From Octopus vulgaris (taxonomy: Eukaryota), in the NCBI GenBank assembly GCA_951406725.2, contig OX597829.1, positions 39,432,001 through 39,496,000 on the forward strand: a DNA stretch of 64,000 bases. Reading direction: 5' to 3'. Each line of letters opens with the position of its first letter. Position 1 is the stretch's first letter. The notes beneath the pieces are model-generated. The model saw only the letters and a list, made by a program, of their open reading frames with translations, was not told the DNA's origin and made no database searches. The position numbers and the translations under genes were made by a program. Below, in pieces: positions 37,976-50,589 of the stretch.

Positions 37976-39457
37976 AGAGAGAATAATCTGAATGCTAAAG
38001 GATAAGGTTTTGAGAACTAAAATGGTTTTGATCTTCATCTTCTCTTTGTATTTCTTTGTCCTTCTTGAGTCTTTCACATAATTCTTCTTTCTAATGGAAA
38101 TCATATATTTGCCTACATTTGCATTACCATTGTATATGTTGTTGCTAACAAGAGTTTTTAATGTGTAGATATGGATTTTTTTCTCCCATATCATATATAC
38201 ATGATTGTTTCAATGTTTATTCCCAATTGGTGTAGTATTATTGGTGTAGTATTATGTTTAACCATTCAGTGGCCATATTTCCACTGAAGCATGATGTGTA
38301 CTTTAATGAATTAAAGAAATACTCAAGAATGGTGGAATTTATTAAAATGACTAAATTTGCCATTATTGATCTGAAGTGTAGATTTGAAGAGGGTTTTCTC
38401 TTTACATTTTGGGAGATTTTGATTTAAGTATTTAATATAATTTGATGCATGTTTAACTTAGTGTCAGTTTTAGACCTAGTGGAACCCCTTTGATTTTTTT
38501 TAAATTTCAGAATATAATAAAGTGATCCCCCAGACAGTTTGAAGAGGGCCCAAAACTAAGGATCTTGATACATTTTGAAAGATGCAGTTAAATTTAAAGC
38601 GTTTTTGAATTTGAAGGCTCAATAATTTTGAAAGAACTTGATTGGATTGATAAAAAATTTAAGCATGTGAAAAAACAATTACAAATTATTTATTTATTGC
38701 TGAAAATATTTAAAAAAACATTTGTTAACTTTAAGCTTTGGACGTCTCTGAATTGAAGGGGCATCCAGGCCGTGACCTGCATTGGTCTGGTCCATGCATA
38801 AATCCAGCCCGGCTTGTTATATAAATTTAATTCAAACTGAGGAATTTTGTGATATGGAACCATAATGAAATGGGCTATAATGGGTTTGTATCAAAAGGGT
38901 TTGAGTTCAGATTTGATTTAAAAAATTTGATTCCATTAATCAATCTTTTCAAGTAAATAAAACAAAGGAGTTATTGAGCTAGGTCAATGTATGGCATTTT
39001 GGAACCTGATTCCATGGATTGCAGAAGGAGGTATTTTGATGCATCATAATCCAGAGTGGCACCACTCTTTGACAGGACCACTGAATGGTTAGTCTGTCAT
39101 TAATCACTATTGCTACTTTCATCTTTCTGCAGCCAAGGGCTGAAGTCTGGTGCCTTGAACTCATCTTACTTACCGGATGCTGTTCACTAGAACCAACTAA
39201 TTCTACAACTCACAACAAGCAGGAAGACATCTTATAGCTTGTCTTTCTTAGAGAGCTTCTGATTATTTTTTTTTTGTAAATATTTGCTTTAGTTTATTTT
39301 ATTCTTCTTTGATTGCTATCTTAGATACCTCTCAGGAAGAAATATATATTCCTAAATCATTAACCACAGGAAGATGTACATCTTTCGTAACAACATTCAT
39401 TTTTTTGTTAGCTTTCATTTTTTAAAAATATCCCACCCCCATCTCTCTCTCTCTTCC

Positions 39458-39536
<79 letters not shown>

Positions 39537-39849
39537 AGTAAATGAAGAAATAATTATTTCAGCAACTTAATGACATGTGGCTTTTAAAATTTTCCAGTTA
39601 GTTGTAATATGATATATGCATAAGTGTGTGTGTGTATGTACATGTGGGTGTAATTATGCAAACAGTTACGCATGTGTATATATATATATATATATATGCT
39701 CATGTGTATGCATGTGTGTATGTACATGTGTGTATGGGAATATGTATTTTTTAAAAAATTCTAGTCAGAAGTGAAAGGGTATTCAGCACAATCTTGTTTT
39801 TGGTACTCCTAGATAAGCTGGACGATGGCATAGCTGGGCACTATGGTAT

Positions 39850-40085
39850 AGGCGGCGAGCTGGCAGAATCATTAGCATGCCGGGTGAAATGCTTAGCAGT
39901 ATTTCGTCTTCTGCTACATTCTGAGTTCAAATTCCACCGAGGTCGACTTTGCCTTTCATCCTTTCGGGGTCGATTAAATAAGTACCAGTTACGCACTGGG
40001 GTCGATGTAATCAACTTAATCCGTGTGTCTGTCCTTGTTTGCCCTCTCTGTGTTTAGCCCCTTGTGGGTAATAAAGAAATAGGTA
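39850..40085 (+). mobile_element. SINE-A
   Basis: Full-length copy; flanking duplication atagctgggcac. Confidence 0.9.
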
Positions 40086-40437
40086 TAGCTGGGCACAGCT
40101 TGTGGCACTCAGATTTTCGAGTCAATCAAACCATCATTTTAAGGAAGTGACCCATGAGAGAGTGACATAAAAGTGTCCTTTGAAAACCATGGTCAGTACC
40201 CTTCATGGAAGGTAGCAGTTTTAAGTGATGGTTGCTGAAGTTATGGCATTAAAGAAAGAACAGGGTGTGGTGTGGCTGTCATTGTGTATGATGCAAGTGT
40301 AATGTGTCTATAAACGATGATGATGATGATGATGACATAGGAGCAATATGGTTGATGTTCTGTTTTGAACTTCTGTTATTGATGTCTCAGGTAAAATATG
40401 TGGGTTGGAAGAGAATTCTGAGTGTTATATAGCTATA

Positions 40438-40668
40438 AGGTGGCGAGCTGGCAGAAACGTTAGCACGCCGGGCGAAATGCTTAGCAGTATTTCGTCTGAC
40501 GTTATGTTCTGAGTTCAAATTCTGCCGAGGTCGACTTTGCCTTTCATCCTTTTGGGGTCGATAAATTAAGTACCAGTTACGCACTGGCGTCGATGCAATC
40601 GACTTAATCCGTTTGTCTGTCCTTGTTTGTCCCCTCTATGTTTAGCCCCTTGTGGGCAATAAAGAAAT
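40438..40668 (+). mobile_element. SINE-A
   Basis: Full-length copy ending gggcaataaagaaata; TSD tatatagct. Confidence 0.9.
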
Positions 40669-41873
40669 ATATATAGCTCTGAGGAAGAAAGAATAAATTA
40701 AAGGCATTCCATAGTTTTCAAAGCAACGCAGTTGCAACAACTGTAGTCGTTGGACTGTAGTGGCTGTGGTCCCTGTAGTGATGGATTCTTGCACTTGATG
40801 TACTTCATTACTCAGAGGAACAAATGTTAATGTAATAAAGAAAAAAAAAAAAAATATTATGCTCCCAGTGCTAAGAGTCTGTTGTTAAATAAGTCTTTGT
40901 CAATTCGCTAAATGAATGTTTGATGAATAGTGACTACATCACCATCCCAGATATGTGAAGAGTATTTTAAAGTGGGTTATATTTGAATATTGTGGAGGGT
41001 AAGCAATTGAAGGTATTCTAAAGTGAACCAATATTGAAACACTCTGAAATCGTCCCAGGGTGAAATTTGAAACCAGCATATTTCATATGCTCTGGCCACC
41101 GGAACAGTGCCATTCCAAAGTAGCTTTCCTAAAATGCCATTGGAGGGGGAGAAAGAAAGAGAGGAAGATCAAAAAACTACATAATGCAGAACATTCATAA
41201 TGGACATAAGAGAAGCCCATATCACACAGCTGGATGTAGAGAAAACTGCAGAAACCAGTGGAGTCAATTTGCTGCCCCGAGGAAAATGTTACTGGTCAAA
41301 ACAACTGAAGAGGGCTGAAGTATTTTTCTGGCCCTGGAGCTAAAACCTCAAGAAGTCTCATCTAACCCATGCCAGCATGGAAAAGCAGATGTAAAACATA
41401 ATGACAATGATGATGATGATGATATTTATTTTCCCTGACTGGAACAATATGGAAGAATTCTGTAAAAATATTCCTGCTACTGTGTTCTTTCAAGTTATTA
41501 GATAGTTCTTCCAAATGTTTTCGTTTTATCTTAAATACCATAACTGTTTGCCTCCACATAATCAACTAACTACAGTTCACTTAGTCTCCATCTTAATTCC
41601 ACAATATTCAATAATGGGATTACTCTCTTCCAATTGTCTGTAATTCTCATTTTTTCCCCTGTCTCTCCTGCTCTCTCCCTTTCTCTTTCTTTCTCTCTAA
41701 TTATCTTTTAATCTTTCATTCTCTTCAAACTTTCATTCTCTTTTTCTCACTCTCTTTCTTAATGATTTTTCTCTTTCTCAGTCTCATTTTTCTTTCATTC
41801 TATTTCTCTCTCTCTCTCTCACTTTTTTAATTAATTTTTCTTAATTTTTCCTTGCTATCTCTGTGTCTGTTTG

Positions 41874-41918
<45 letters not shown>

Positions 41919-42612
41919 CTCTTGTTCTCTTTTGTTCCCTCCCTCTCTATATCTCTTCTACTCTTTTGTTCTCTCTCTCTCTCTCTCTTTTTTTCTCTTT
42001 GTGTCATACACTCATTCTCTGAATCTCTCTTTCACATGTTTATTATATGAAGCTGTTGAATGAAATAGTCTGTAGAAAACTCATTGCCATTGTTGGCTCT
42101 TCTCAATTGTTGTACAACAGTGCTTTGCAGGCTGACATTTCAAAGTCTTAGAATCGAAATAAGGATTCTTTCCTAATTATAATGCCAACTTCTACTGGTG
42201 ATAAAAGAAATATTCATTTATTTTTAGGTCACTATATCCGTCTAGATTATTGCTTTCCCCAAATCACAGATGTTATACATTAGTCTTTGTGTATAGAAAA
42301 ATAGTTGGCAAACAGATGTATGCACTGCAGATGTGTGCACATGCATACACAACACACATTCATATAGACATTCATGCACAGATATAAACATGTACTCTCA
42401 TACATGTAGAAGTATGCACCTATGTGTATGTATTAGTTCTTCTATATATATATATATATATATGTAGAGAGAGAGAGAGGTGCAAGCATAGCTTTATGTT
42501 GAGTCTTCTTGCATGGCATCTTGGACAAGTGTCTTCCACTATAGCTTCAGGCTGACCAAAACCTTGTGAGTGGATTTGGCAGACAGAAACTGAAAGAAGC
42601 CTGTCATATATA

Positions 42613-42645
<33 letters not shown>

Positions 42646-42738
42646 TATGTAGAAGGTTGAAAAGGAACACACAAGTTGATATATATGGAAAAAAGTCAAG
42701 GTAGAAAATGCTAAAATAATTTTAGAAAAAAAACATTT

Positions 42739-42774
42739 CAATACCGGTTTCAGTCATTGAGGCTTTTTCAACTG
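42739..42774 (-). ncRNA. Hammerhead-like motif with variant core (probable Penelope-like remnant ~42645-42850)
   Basis: Minus strand CAG-TTGAAAA-AGCC tcaat GACT-GAA-ACCGGT-A-TTG: palindromic stem III and GUA site, but core UUGAAAA. Confidence 0.4.
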
Positions 42775-43192
42775 TAAGTATGGAAAACAATTTAATTTTT
42801 GAAAAAATCAAAAGAAAAGTTTTTTTAAAAGAATATTTGCATAGTATTCAAATACAAGTGGCATTTTCCTTGTTTCTGCCTGTCTCTGTCTCTCTTGTTT
42901 ACTCTTGTGGGTTCGTTGTGAATTCTTGGCAAAGAAGAAGAAGAAGAAGAAGAATGCGTTAGTGCCATGATAGTAGTAGGATGTTAAATGGTCAAGTGTC
43001 CTGAAAATGACTTGTTGTGGATGGTGGTAGTGATTGAATTCTTGAGACATCTCTTTTGAATGTATTGCTTATAATATATCAATGATGATGATTGATATAT
43101 TATAAACCATCATCTTAATGTCTACTTCTCCATGCTTGTACACTCCTAAATGATATTATACCTCCAAAGCACTATACCTTCTCACCACAATT

Positions 43193-43340
43193 TATAACAT
43201 TTTTCATAGTCACTCTAGCTCTATTATGCTTTCCATAGTCACCCCAACACTATAACATGTTCCATGGTCGCCTCAGCTGCCTAACATTTTCCATAGTCAG
43301 CCCTACATAAATTAATATTTTCTGTAGTCAAGCCTTACAG
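43193..43340. repeat. Degenerate ~30-bp minisatellite, 5 units
   Basis: tataacattttccatagtcacc-like unit repeated. Confidence 0.75.
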
Positions 43341-43874
43341 TGGTAGACTTGATTTAGTCATTCAGTTTACCACCACTATCTGGCCCATGAATGCCTTTAG
43401 TGGAATGCACTCTATTGCAAGCACTTAGATCAGGTTTTGCATCAGCTTCTTTTCTTCCTACACCAGTCAGAGATACCCTAAAAAAAAAAAAAAAAAAGAG
43501 CACTTGGGATGCTACTCTTCCTCCTCTGTCATTAAAAGAGAAAGTCTTAAATTTTCCATGGTCATATTCAGTTTTTTTTGGGGTTTGTTTTCAATGTTTT
43601 CCCTATACAGTTCTTGCATTTTCATAGTTTACCCTAGTAAGCAGAAATTCATTGCAGGGTGAGTAGACGGCAGGAAAAATTTCAGATGAAGAACTCCAGA
43701 TAAGCAATTGCTTTGGCCCATTGTTTCCTAACACTCTAAGAAAACTGGGCCCACTTAAATCATGAATTCTGTAAGTCAATCCTAAATTGTTATAACTCAC
43801 TCTTAGTTCATCTTTACGCTTCAACAGCATAGTCTTCTGGTGAGGCTTACATTACGACAAATTATTTCATATTT

Positions 43875-44149
43875 TGGTTTTATTTGTTTTAGTCATTAGA
43901 CTGTAACCATGCTGGGGCACAACTTGAAGAATTTTAGCTAAATGAATCAACCCTCTCTTTTTTTACTCTATTACTCTTTTACATGTTTCAGTCATTTTGA
44001 CTGTGGCCATGCTGGAGCACCGCCTTTAGTCGAGCAAATCGACCCCAGGACTTATTCTATCGGTCCCTTTTGCTGAACCGCTAAGTTACGAGGACATAAA
44101 CACACAAGCATTGGTCGTCAAGCGATGTTGGGGGTACAAACACAGACAC

Positions 44150-44196
<47 letters not shown>

Positions 44197-44660
44197 CGAC
44201 AGGCTTCTTTCAGTTTCCATCTACCAAATCCACTCACAATGCTTTAGTCGGCCCGAGGTTATAGTAGAAGACACTTGCCCAAAGTGCCACGCAGTGGAAC
44301 TGAACCCAGAACCATGTTGTTCGTAAGCAAGCTACTTACCACACAGCCACTCCTACGCCTCTGCTTTTTTTTGTTTTTAAAGCCTGGTAGTTTATTCAAT
44401 CAGTCTCTTTTGCTGAACTGTTAAGTTACAGAGATATAAACACACCAACATCGGTTGTCAAGTGGCAGTAAGGGGATATACTCCCCCCCCCACACACACA
44501 TGCTCAATGGGCTTCTTTCTACCAAATCCACTCACAAGGCTTTTGGTTGGACTGTGGCTGTAATAGAAGACACTTGCTCAAGGTGCCATGCAGTGGTACC
44601 GAACCCAGAACCATGTGGTTGGGAAGCAAGCTTCTTATCACACAGTCATGCTTGCATCTA
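43875..44660 (-). mobile_element. Young SINE-B (~43965-44360) nested within an older SINE-B
   Basis: Old tail 43875-43950, complete young copy, then the old body resumes at ~44375. Confidence 0.82.
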
Positions 44661-44739
44661 TGATTAACTATTTTAATTGTTAGCCCTGTACTATAACAAC
44701 AACTATCTCTGTTTTCAGCCCTATACTATAACAATAATA

Positions 44740-45150
44740 GTAACTGGCAGAAACGTTAGTACGCCAGGTGAAATGCTTAGTGGTACTTTGTCTGCCGTTA
44801 CGTTCTGAGTTCAAATTCTGCCGAGGTCGACTTTGCCTTTCATACTTTCGGGGTCGATAAATTAAGTACCAGTTACACACTGGGGTCGATGTAAGTGACT
44901 TAATCCGTTTGTCTGTTCTTGTTTGTCCCTTCTGTGTTTAGCCCCTTTTGGGTAGTAAAGAAATAGGTATTTCGTCTGCCGTTACGTTCTGAGTTCAAAT
45001 TCTGCCGAGGTCGACTTTGCCTTTCATCCTTTCGGGGTCGATAAATTAAGTACCAGTTACACACTGATGTCGATGTAAGCGACTTAATCCGTTTGTCTGT
45101 CCCTGTTTGTCCTCTCTGTGTTTGGCCCCTTGTGGGCAATAAAGAAATAA
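44740..45150 (+). mobile_element. SINE-A tandem dimer
   Basis: Units 44783-44966 and 44967-45149; junction gaaatag|gtatttcgtctg. Confidence 0.9.
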
Positions 45151-45514
45151 ATAATAGTAAATGACACTGTATATACGATTCTTGTATTTTTGTCACTTCT
45201 TCGTTTGTCAACATTTCAGTCCTGTATTTTCACTGTTTCTTGTTATATGGAAATGATTGGTGCAAATTATTGATTTATGCTTCATTGAATGGAGCCACTG
45301 TGCCTTACAATGGAATCATATATTGCATCTTTGTGCGTGTGCGTGTGTGGTTTTTTTTATTATTGTTTCTTTGTGAAAACATTAGCATTTCCATTAAATC
45401 CACTCCTGGTTGTTACATCATAAACTGTTTTCCAGTTTGCTTCCAGTTTATTTATGGTTTATACGATATCTGTTCGACATGCAGTCTTACTTTTCCTGTG
45501 TGTTAGTATGTAAC

Positions 45515-45836
45515 ACACATGCAAGCATGCATGCCCCCTCACAAACTCACTCACTCACACGTCCTCACATGGTCACATGCTCACTTTCACATACATGCAA
45601 TCACACACATGCTCTCACTCATATATACTCACATGCAGTCACACACATACTCTCTCTCTCTCTCACACACACACACACTCACTCACATACACACACACAC
45701 ACACATTCTCACACACTACACACACTCCCACATACGTATACACTCTTACATGTACACAGACTCACATGCAATCACACATATACTCTCTCTCTCTCTCACA
45801 CATCCTCACTCACTCACACACACACACACACACACA
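45515..45836. repeat. Complex (CA)/(CT)/(CACT) low-complexity tract
   Basis: Directly visible. Confidence 0.9.
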
Positions 45837-45866
45837 TTATGCTGAATACTTTCTTGGTATTGTCAA

Positions 45867-46100
45867 GGCGGCGAGCTGGCAGAAACGTTAGCACGTCTGG
45901 CGAAATTCTTAGCGGTATTTTGTCTGCCGTTACATTCTGAGTTCAAATTCTGCCAAGGTCGACTTTGCCTTTCATCCTTTTGGGGTCGATTAAATAAGTA
46001 CCAGTTACGCACTGGGGTCGATGTAATCAACTTAATCCGTTTGTCTGTCCTTGTTTGTCCTCTCTGTGTTTGGCCTCTTGTGGGTAGTAAAGAAATAGGT
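45867..46100 (+). mobile_element. SINE-A
   Basis: Full-length copy; TSD ggtattg(t/g)caa. Confidence 0.9.
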
Positions 46101-46661
46101 ATTGGCAACAAGCATTTAGTTATTGGATCAGCCATCCCATCTATTAGTTAAACTAGTGTGTAAACAGCTGACTGTTCCACAGAAACATGTATGCTCAATG
46201 TAATTCTCAGTGTTTATCTGCACGACACAATTTGCAGCAAGGCTGAAGTTCTGTCTGTTGATTGGATAGGCTTCTGCACAGTTTCCCATCTAGTAGTCCT
46301 CAAAAGGACTGAGTTGACTTGAAGCTATAGTAAAAAATGCTTACTTGACTGTGTTGCTGAAAATAGGATGGAACGCTGGATCTCATGGCTGCAATACAAA
46401 CTTTTTAACCGCTTTACTATGATTTTATGTGTATGTATACATGCATGCATACACTCAGATACCCACACATATCTGAATGTGTGTGTGTTTGTGTATGTAT
46501 ATATATATATATATGTATTTAATTTTATATGTTAGGGAATAAAAATTCCGTCATCACAGGGGTTCAAATTATTCTCAATGAGGAAATATATATATTTTCA
46601 TTTAGAGATAGTAGGCCCCTTCATCCCACCATGTAAGAGAATTTTAATTTAAATATATATA

Positions 46662-47044
46662 TCTTTATATATAAAAGTGAGGTTGTGTGTCTGTCTCCTA
46701 CGATTTAGATTCCTAACTACTCCCACATTTTGCAGTGCAGTTTAACCAAAACCGGGTATCTTATAGTTGAGATTCATATCGAGCCCTTCTGGGTATTAGC
46801 GCGCGTCTACGATGAGTCTACCATCAATTTACCATCAATTTTTCCCATTTTTAATGCATTTTGGGCATATATAAGGGAAATAACTCTCTAAAAATTTATT
46901 ATTAAATCTCAGATCGTAAAAAGCTACAGTAACACACCCCTTTGTGGTTAACCATATTGAGATGGCTATTATACTTTACATCTCTAAAAATGCTTATATA
47001 GTTATTTCCCTTACAAACCCGAGCAACACCGGGCGATACTGCTA

Positions 47045-47045
<1 letters not shown>
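46662..47045 (+). mobile_element. Non-autonomous Helitron, same family with different middle
   Basis: a|TCTTTATATATAAAA..cccgagcaacaccggg (47018-47033)..gCTAG|t. Confidence 0.92.
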
Positions 47046-47078
<33 letters not shown>

Positions 47079-47119
47079 ATAATGATAATGATAATAATAT
47101 TAGGGAGTATAACTCCAAA

Positions 47120-47243
47120 CTTATTCTTTGTAAGCCCAGTACTTATTCTATCGGTCTCTTTTGCCGAACCACTGCATTACGGGGATGTAAACACACCAGC
47201 ATCAGTTGTCAAGCGATGTTGGGGGAACAAACACAGACATACA

Positions 47244-47286
<43 letters not shown>

Positions 47287-47446
47287 GATGGACTTCTTTC
47301 AGTTTCTGTCCACCAAATCCACTCACAAGGCTTTGGTCGGCCCGATGCTATAGTAGAAAACACTTGCCCAAGGTGCCACACAGTGGGACTGAACCCAGAA
47401 CCATGTGGTTGGTAAGCAAGCTACTTAGCACGCAGCCACTCCTATG

Positions 47447-47449
<3 letters not shown>
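47120..47449 (-). mobile_element. SINE-B lacking tail
   Basis: Colinear with 3060-3455 from acttattctttgtaagc to the head. Confidence 0.88.
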
Positions 47450-47523
<74 letters not shown>

Positions 47524-47524
47524 G

Positions 47525-47824
47525 TGGAAGTGCAATGACCCAGTGGTTAGGGCAGCAGACTTGCGGTTGTAGGATCGTGGTCTCGATTCCCAGGCCGGCT
47601 GTTGTGAGTGTTTATTGAGCAAAAACACCTAAAAGCTCCACGAGGCTCCGGCAGGGTGTGGTGATCCCTGCTGTACTCTTTTGCCTCAACTTTCTCTCAT
47701 TCTTTCTTCTGTTGGCCTGCTTGCTTAGCCAGCGGGGTGGTGTCATTTGAAGGCTACAACAATGCGAAGTGCAATGGGACCAGCGATGTGTAGCAACATC
47801 TGATAGCCTGGTCGGTCACAGTGA
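47525..47824 (+). mobile_element. SINE-C-related, tail variant d, inserted in (TA)n
   Basis: Head like 31761 through aagctccacgaggctccggcag, then a different 3' end. Confidence 0.75.
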
Positions 47825-49634
47825 TATATGTATATATATATATATATATAAAGAGTTATGCTTACATATTCACTCAGATTCATACAATCAAAGATACATG
47901 TAGACATACATACACCGATTCACATACACAGTACACACAAAAGATCAGATGTAATGATCTAGGACAGATAAAAGTGAATGTGCATGGCTGTAGGAATTAG
48001 TTGCTGGCAGATGTTAATGTAATGTTAAGCATAAAAGAAGAGCAAACATCTATGCCAAACTAATGAGAAATCGGATACAACACTGGGACTATAAATTTAG
48101 ATTTACACCTGTGATTATTGGGGCATTTGGTTTTATAACCGGTCACCTTGGTACCAATTTAGAGGAAGCTGGGCTTCACACAACCAGTCAGGATACAACT
48201 AATTGGAAAACTGCAATTACGATGCATTAATGAAATTGTTACAATATATAAACATTCCAGAGATTTAGCCAGTGGTATGTAAACATGTATACATGCACAC
48301 ATGCGAATGTATATGAGTATGGATGTAAATATGTATAAATCAAAACACACAAGTGTGTGTGTATATGTATGTATATGTGAGTAAGTATATATATATATGT
48401 ATGTGTGTGTATCTGTGATTACCTAGTTGATGTTTAAATTTCAATGCTAGTGGTTTGTGTGTTTAGGGATTGGTAGGTAGGCTTATGTTGGTGAGAAGCA
48501 TGAAAATTAAAACCACATAAGTACACACATATACATGATTATTGTTTTATTGTGTCAGATGACACTCCGTCTCATTAACAGGACATCTGTTCATTACTGA
48601 ATTACCGAGACATATGTTTGTATGTCAATATGCCACTCTTAAAAGTATCCATAGTTAAATATCCAGTGACACTCAAGGACAAATGATTGGAAATGATTTC
48701 AACTTGTGGTTTTCTATCAGAAGGCTTTTTTCCTTCACATTTGCCTGTAATGAGATCTCCACAAGTTTGTATGTCTCTCATCTGGGAGATTTCTTTCTCT
48801 TCTAAGTGGTTTTACTGCATATCTAGATCTCTATCCTCTCTGCGTCCCTCCATTCATACTTTTATATCAGGCCATTTCCAATACTACGTCCCCTCATTTG
48901 TTGCAGGTCATTGTCATTGTCATCTATTTCTGTGAGGATCAATTTTCGTAAGTTTTGTCCAAATCTGTCTTCATTCTCCTCTTCCGTTTGATGTTAGCAC
49001 TTCTTTTTAGCGAGCATGAGGATTCATAAAGCCAGGCCTCAACCCAGTTTCAATGGCACATGAATAACCGAAATTACAACTCTCCTTCCTGGATGGGACA
49101 CCAGTCCATTGCAAGGTTAACTTCCCTGTTATTGCTGGAATCCATTTACAGCTGAGGGGACTGGAGCAATATGAAATGAAGTATTTTGCTCAAGGACTTA
49201 AGTCACTACCCAGTCCAAGAATTGAAACCACAATGTTACGATTATGAGTGCATTGCCCTAACCACTAGGCCACATGCCTTTAAAGCACTTTTGCATTCAT
49301 CTGTTATCTTCCTTATGCATCACATATCTACACCAATGAAGTTTTCTCTCATCTACTTCATGCCTAACAACTAAATCCTTTCATACTCATTTTATTTCTC
49401 AGCTTCTTTGTACCATATTCTTCTTCTATTTGTTTCAATCATTTGACTGTGACTATGCTGGAGCACCGCATTTAGTTGAACAAATTGACCCCAGGGCACA
49501 TGACTTTGCAGATATCCTCTAATGCAGAGCAACCTATTCTAAACCTCACCCAACCCAACCCAACCCAACCAACCAACCATTAATGTTTCAAAAGTAGGTG
49601 ACATTTATTGATGTTTATTCTTCTCTCCTTGCAG

Positions 49635-49747
49635 ATCACAATCCATCCTGTTTAAAAGACAAGGAAAACTTCAATGCTATCAAGACACTACATGATTTGA
49701 TTGATGATGATAGGAATGGCAACGTTGATCAAACAGAAAGTGATGAG
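49635..49747 (+). CDS. STIM: Internal coding exon of STIM (stromal interaction molecule), canonical luminal EF-hand
   Basis: Acceptor ttctctccttgcag| and donor GAG|gtaaaa. Encodes (D)HNPSCLKDKENFNAIKTLHDLIDDDRNGNVDQTESDE, aligning to human STIM1 ..[36 protein letters not shown]. Phase 1 start and phase 0 end after ESDE match my recollection of STIM1 exon 2. Confidence 0.93.
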
Positions 49748-50156
49748 GTAAAAAAATATATCACATATTGTTTTGGCTTATTTTTTTTGTTTAGTTTTCA
49801 GGTAGTTTTTTTGTATATATTTTCACCTTTTTCATATTTCTTTTTTTTTTTTTCACTTTTCAAACTTCCATCTGCTTATTGCCATAAAATTAAAGGTAAG
49901 CATTAGGTCCTTAAAGTAGAGTTAATGACACTTTAGTTTACATGCTAAAGAGAGGGAAAACAAAACTGTTTCCCTGTCACCATCCAACAGAATATGTGAT
50001 GGTGATGGCTTTTTATTCTTATTCTCTCTGTTTCTTTCAAACTCAGCCTCTCACTCTGTCCAATAATAATGCTGAGTCATTTTGATACAAGATTGTAACA
50101 GGATGAATGTCTCAGGAACACTTGAGGGGTGTCTGTCTTATCTTGTCACATACAAT

Positions 50157-50559
50157 TGTCGAAGGGAGAACCAAAATCCGACTGTCTTCAATAGCAATAA
50201 ATAATACTTTATTTTTCCGGGTTTCGCAAACACAAAAAAATATGCACATATATATTTCCCTTAAGGGCAAACCGGTAGCCAAGTCCACAAGACCGTTCAC
50301 AAATGTTCACTTGTGTGAGCCAAAATTACCGTCTCCGTTTCCACTTAGAAGAGAGCTTCTCTATATGTAGGGTTTTCCCTGAGAGAAGGTTGGTCACATC
50401 CACTCGGTAGGGTTGCTGATTCAAAAAGGCAGATTTAGCAGGAACGCTTTCAGTTTGCAGTTCTCTGTGCATGCACATGAGGGAACTTCCGGCGGCCTAC
50501 CAGAAGTAATCCAACTCTGTGCATGCGTGCTGAAAACTTCCAAAAGTAGCATCACTACA
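50157..50559 (-). mobile_element. Candidate solo LTR
   Basis: 403-bp GC-richer island bounded by TGT..ACA; minus-strand TATA-like site (~50362) precedes AATAAA (~50208); no matching TSD. Confidence 0.4.
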
Positions 50560-50589
50560 AGATCATGTTTATTTTTAAACATGGAATGG

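Noticed and set aside
39085-39237. Short hydrophobic ORF MVSLSLITIATFIFLQ.. as STIM signal-peptide exon
   Set aside because: No credible phase-1 donor before the stop; the apparent 45-nt GT-AG intron is too short; no recognisable homology.
45410-45940. His/Thr-rich 176-aa ORF and similar YI/VC/TH ORFs
   Set aside because: Microsatellite translations.
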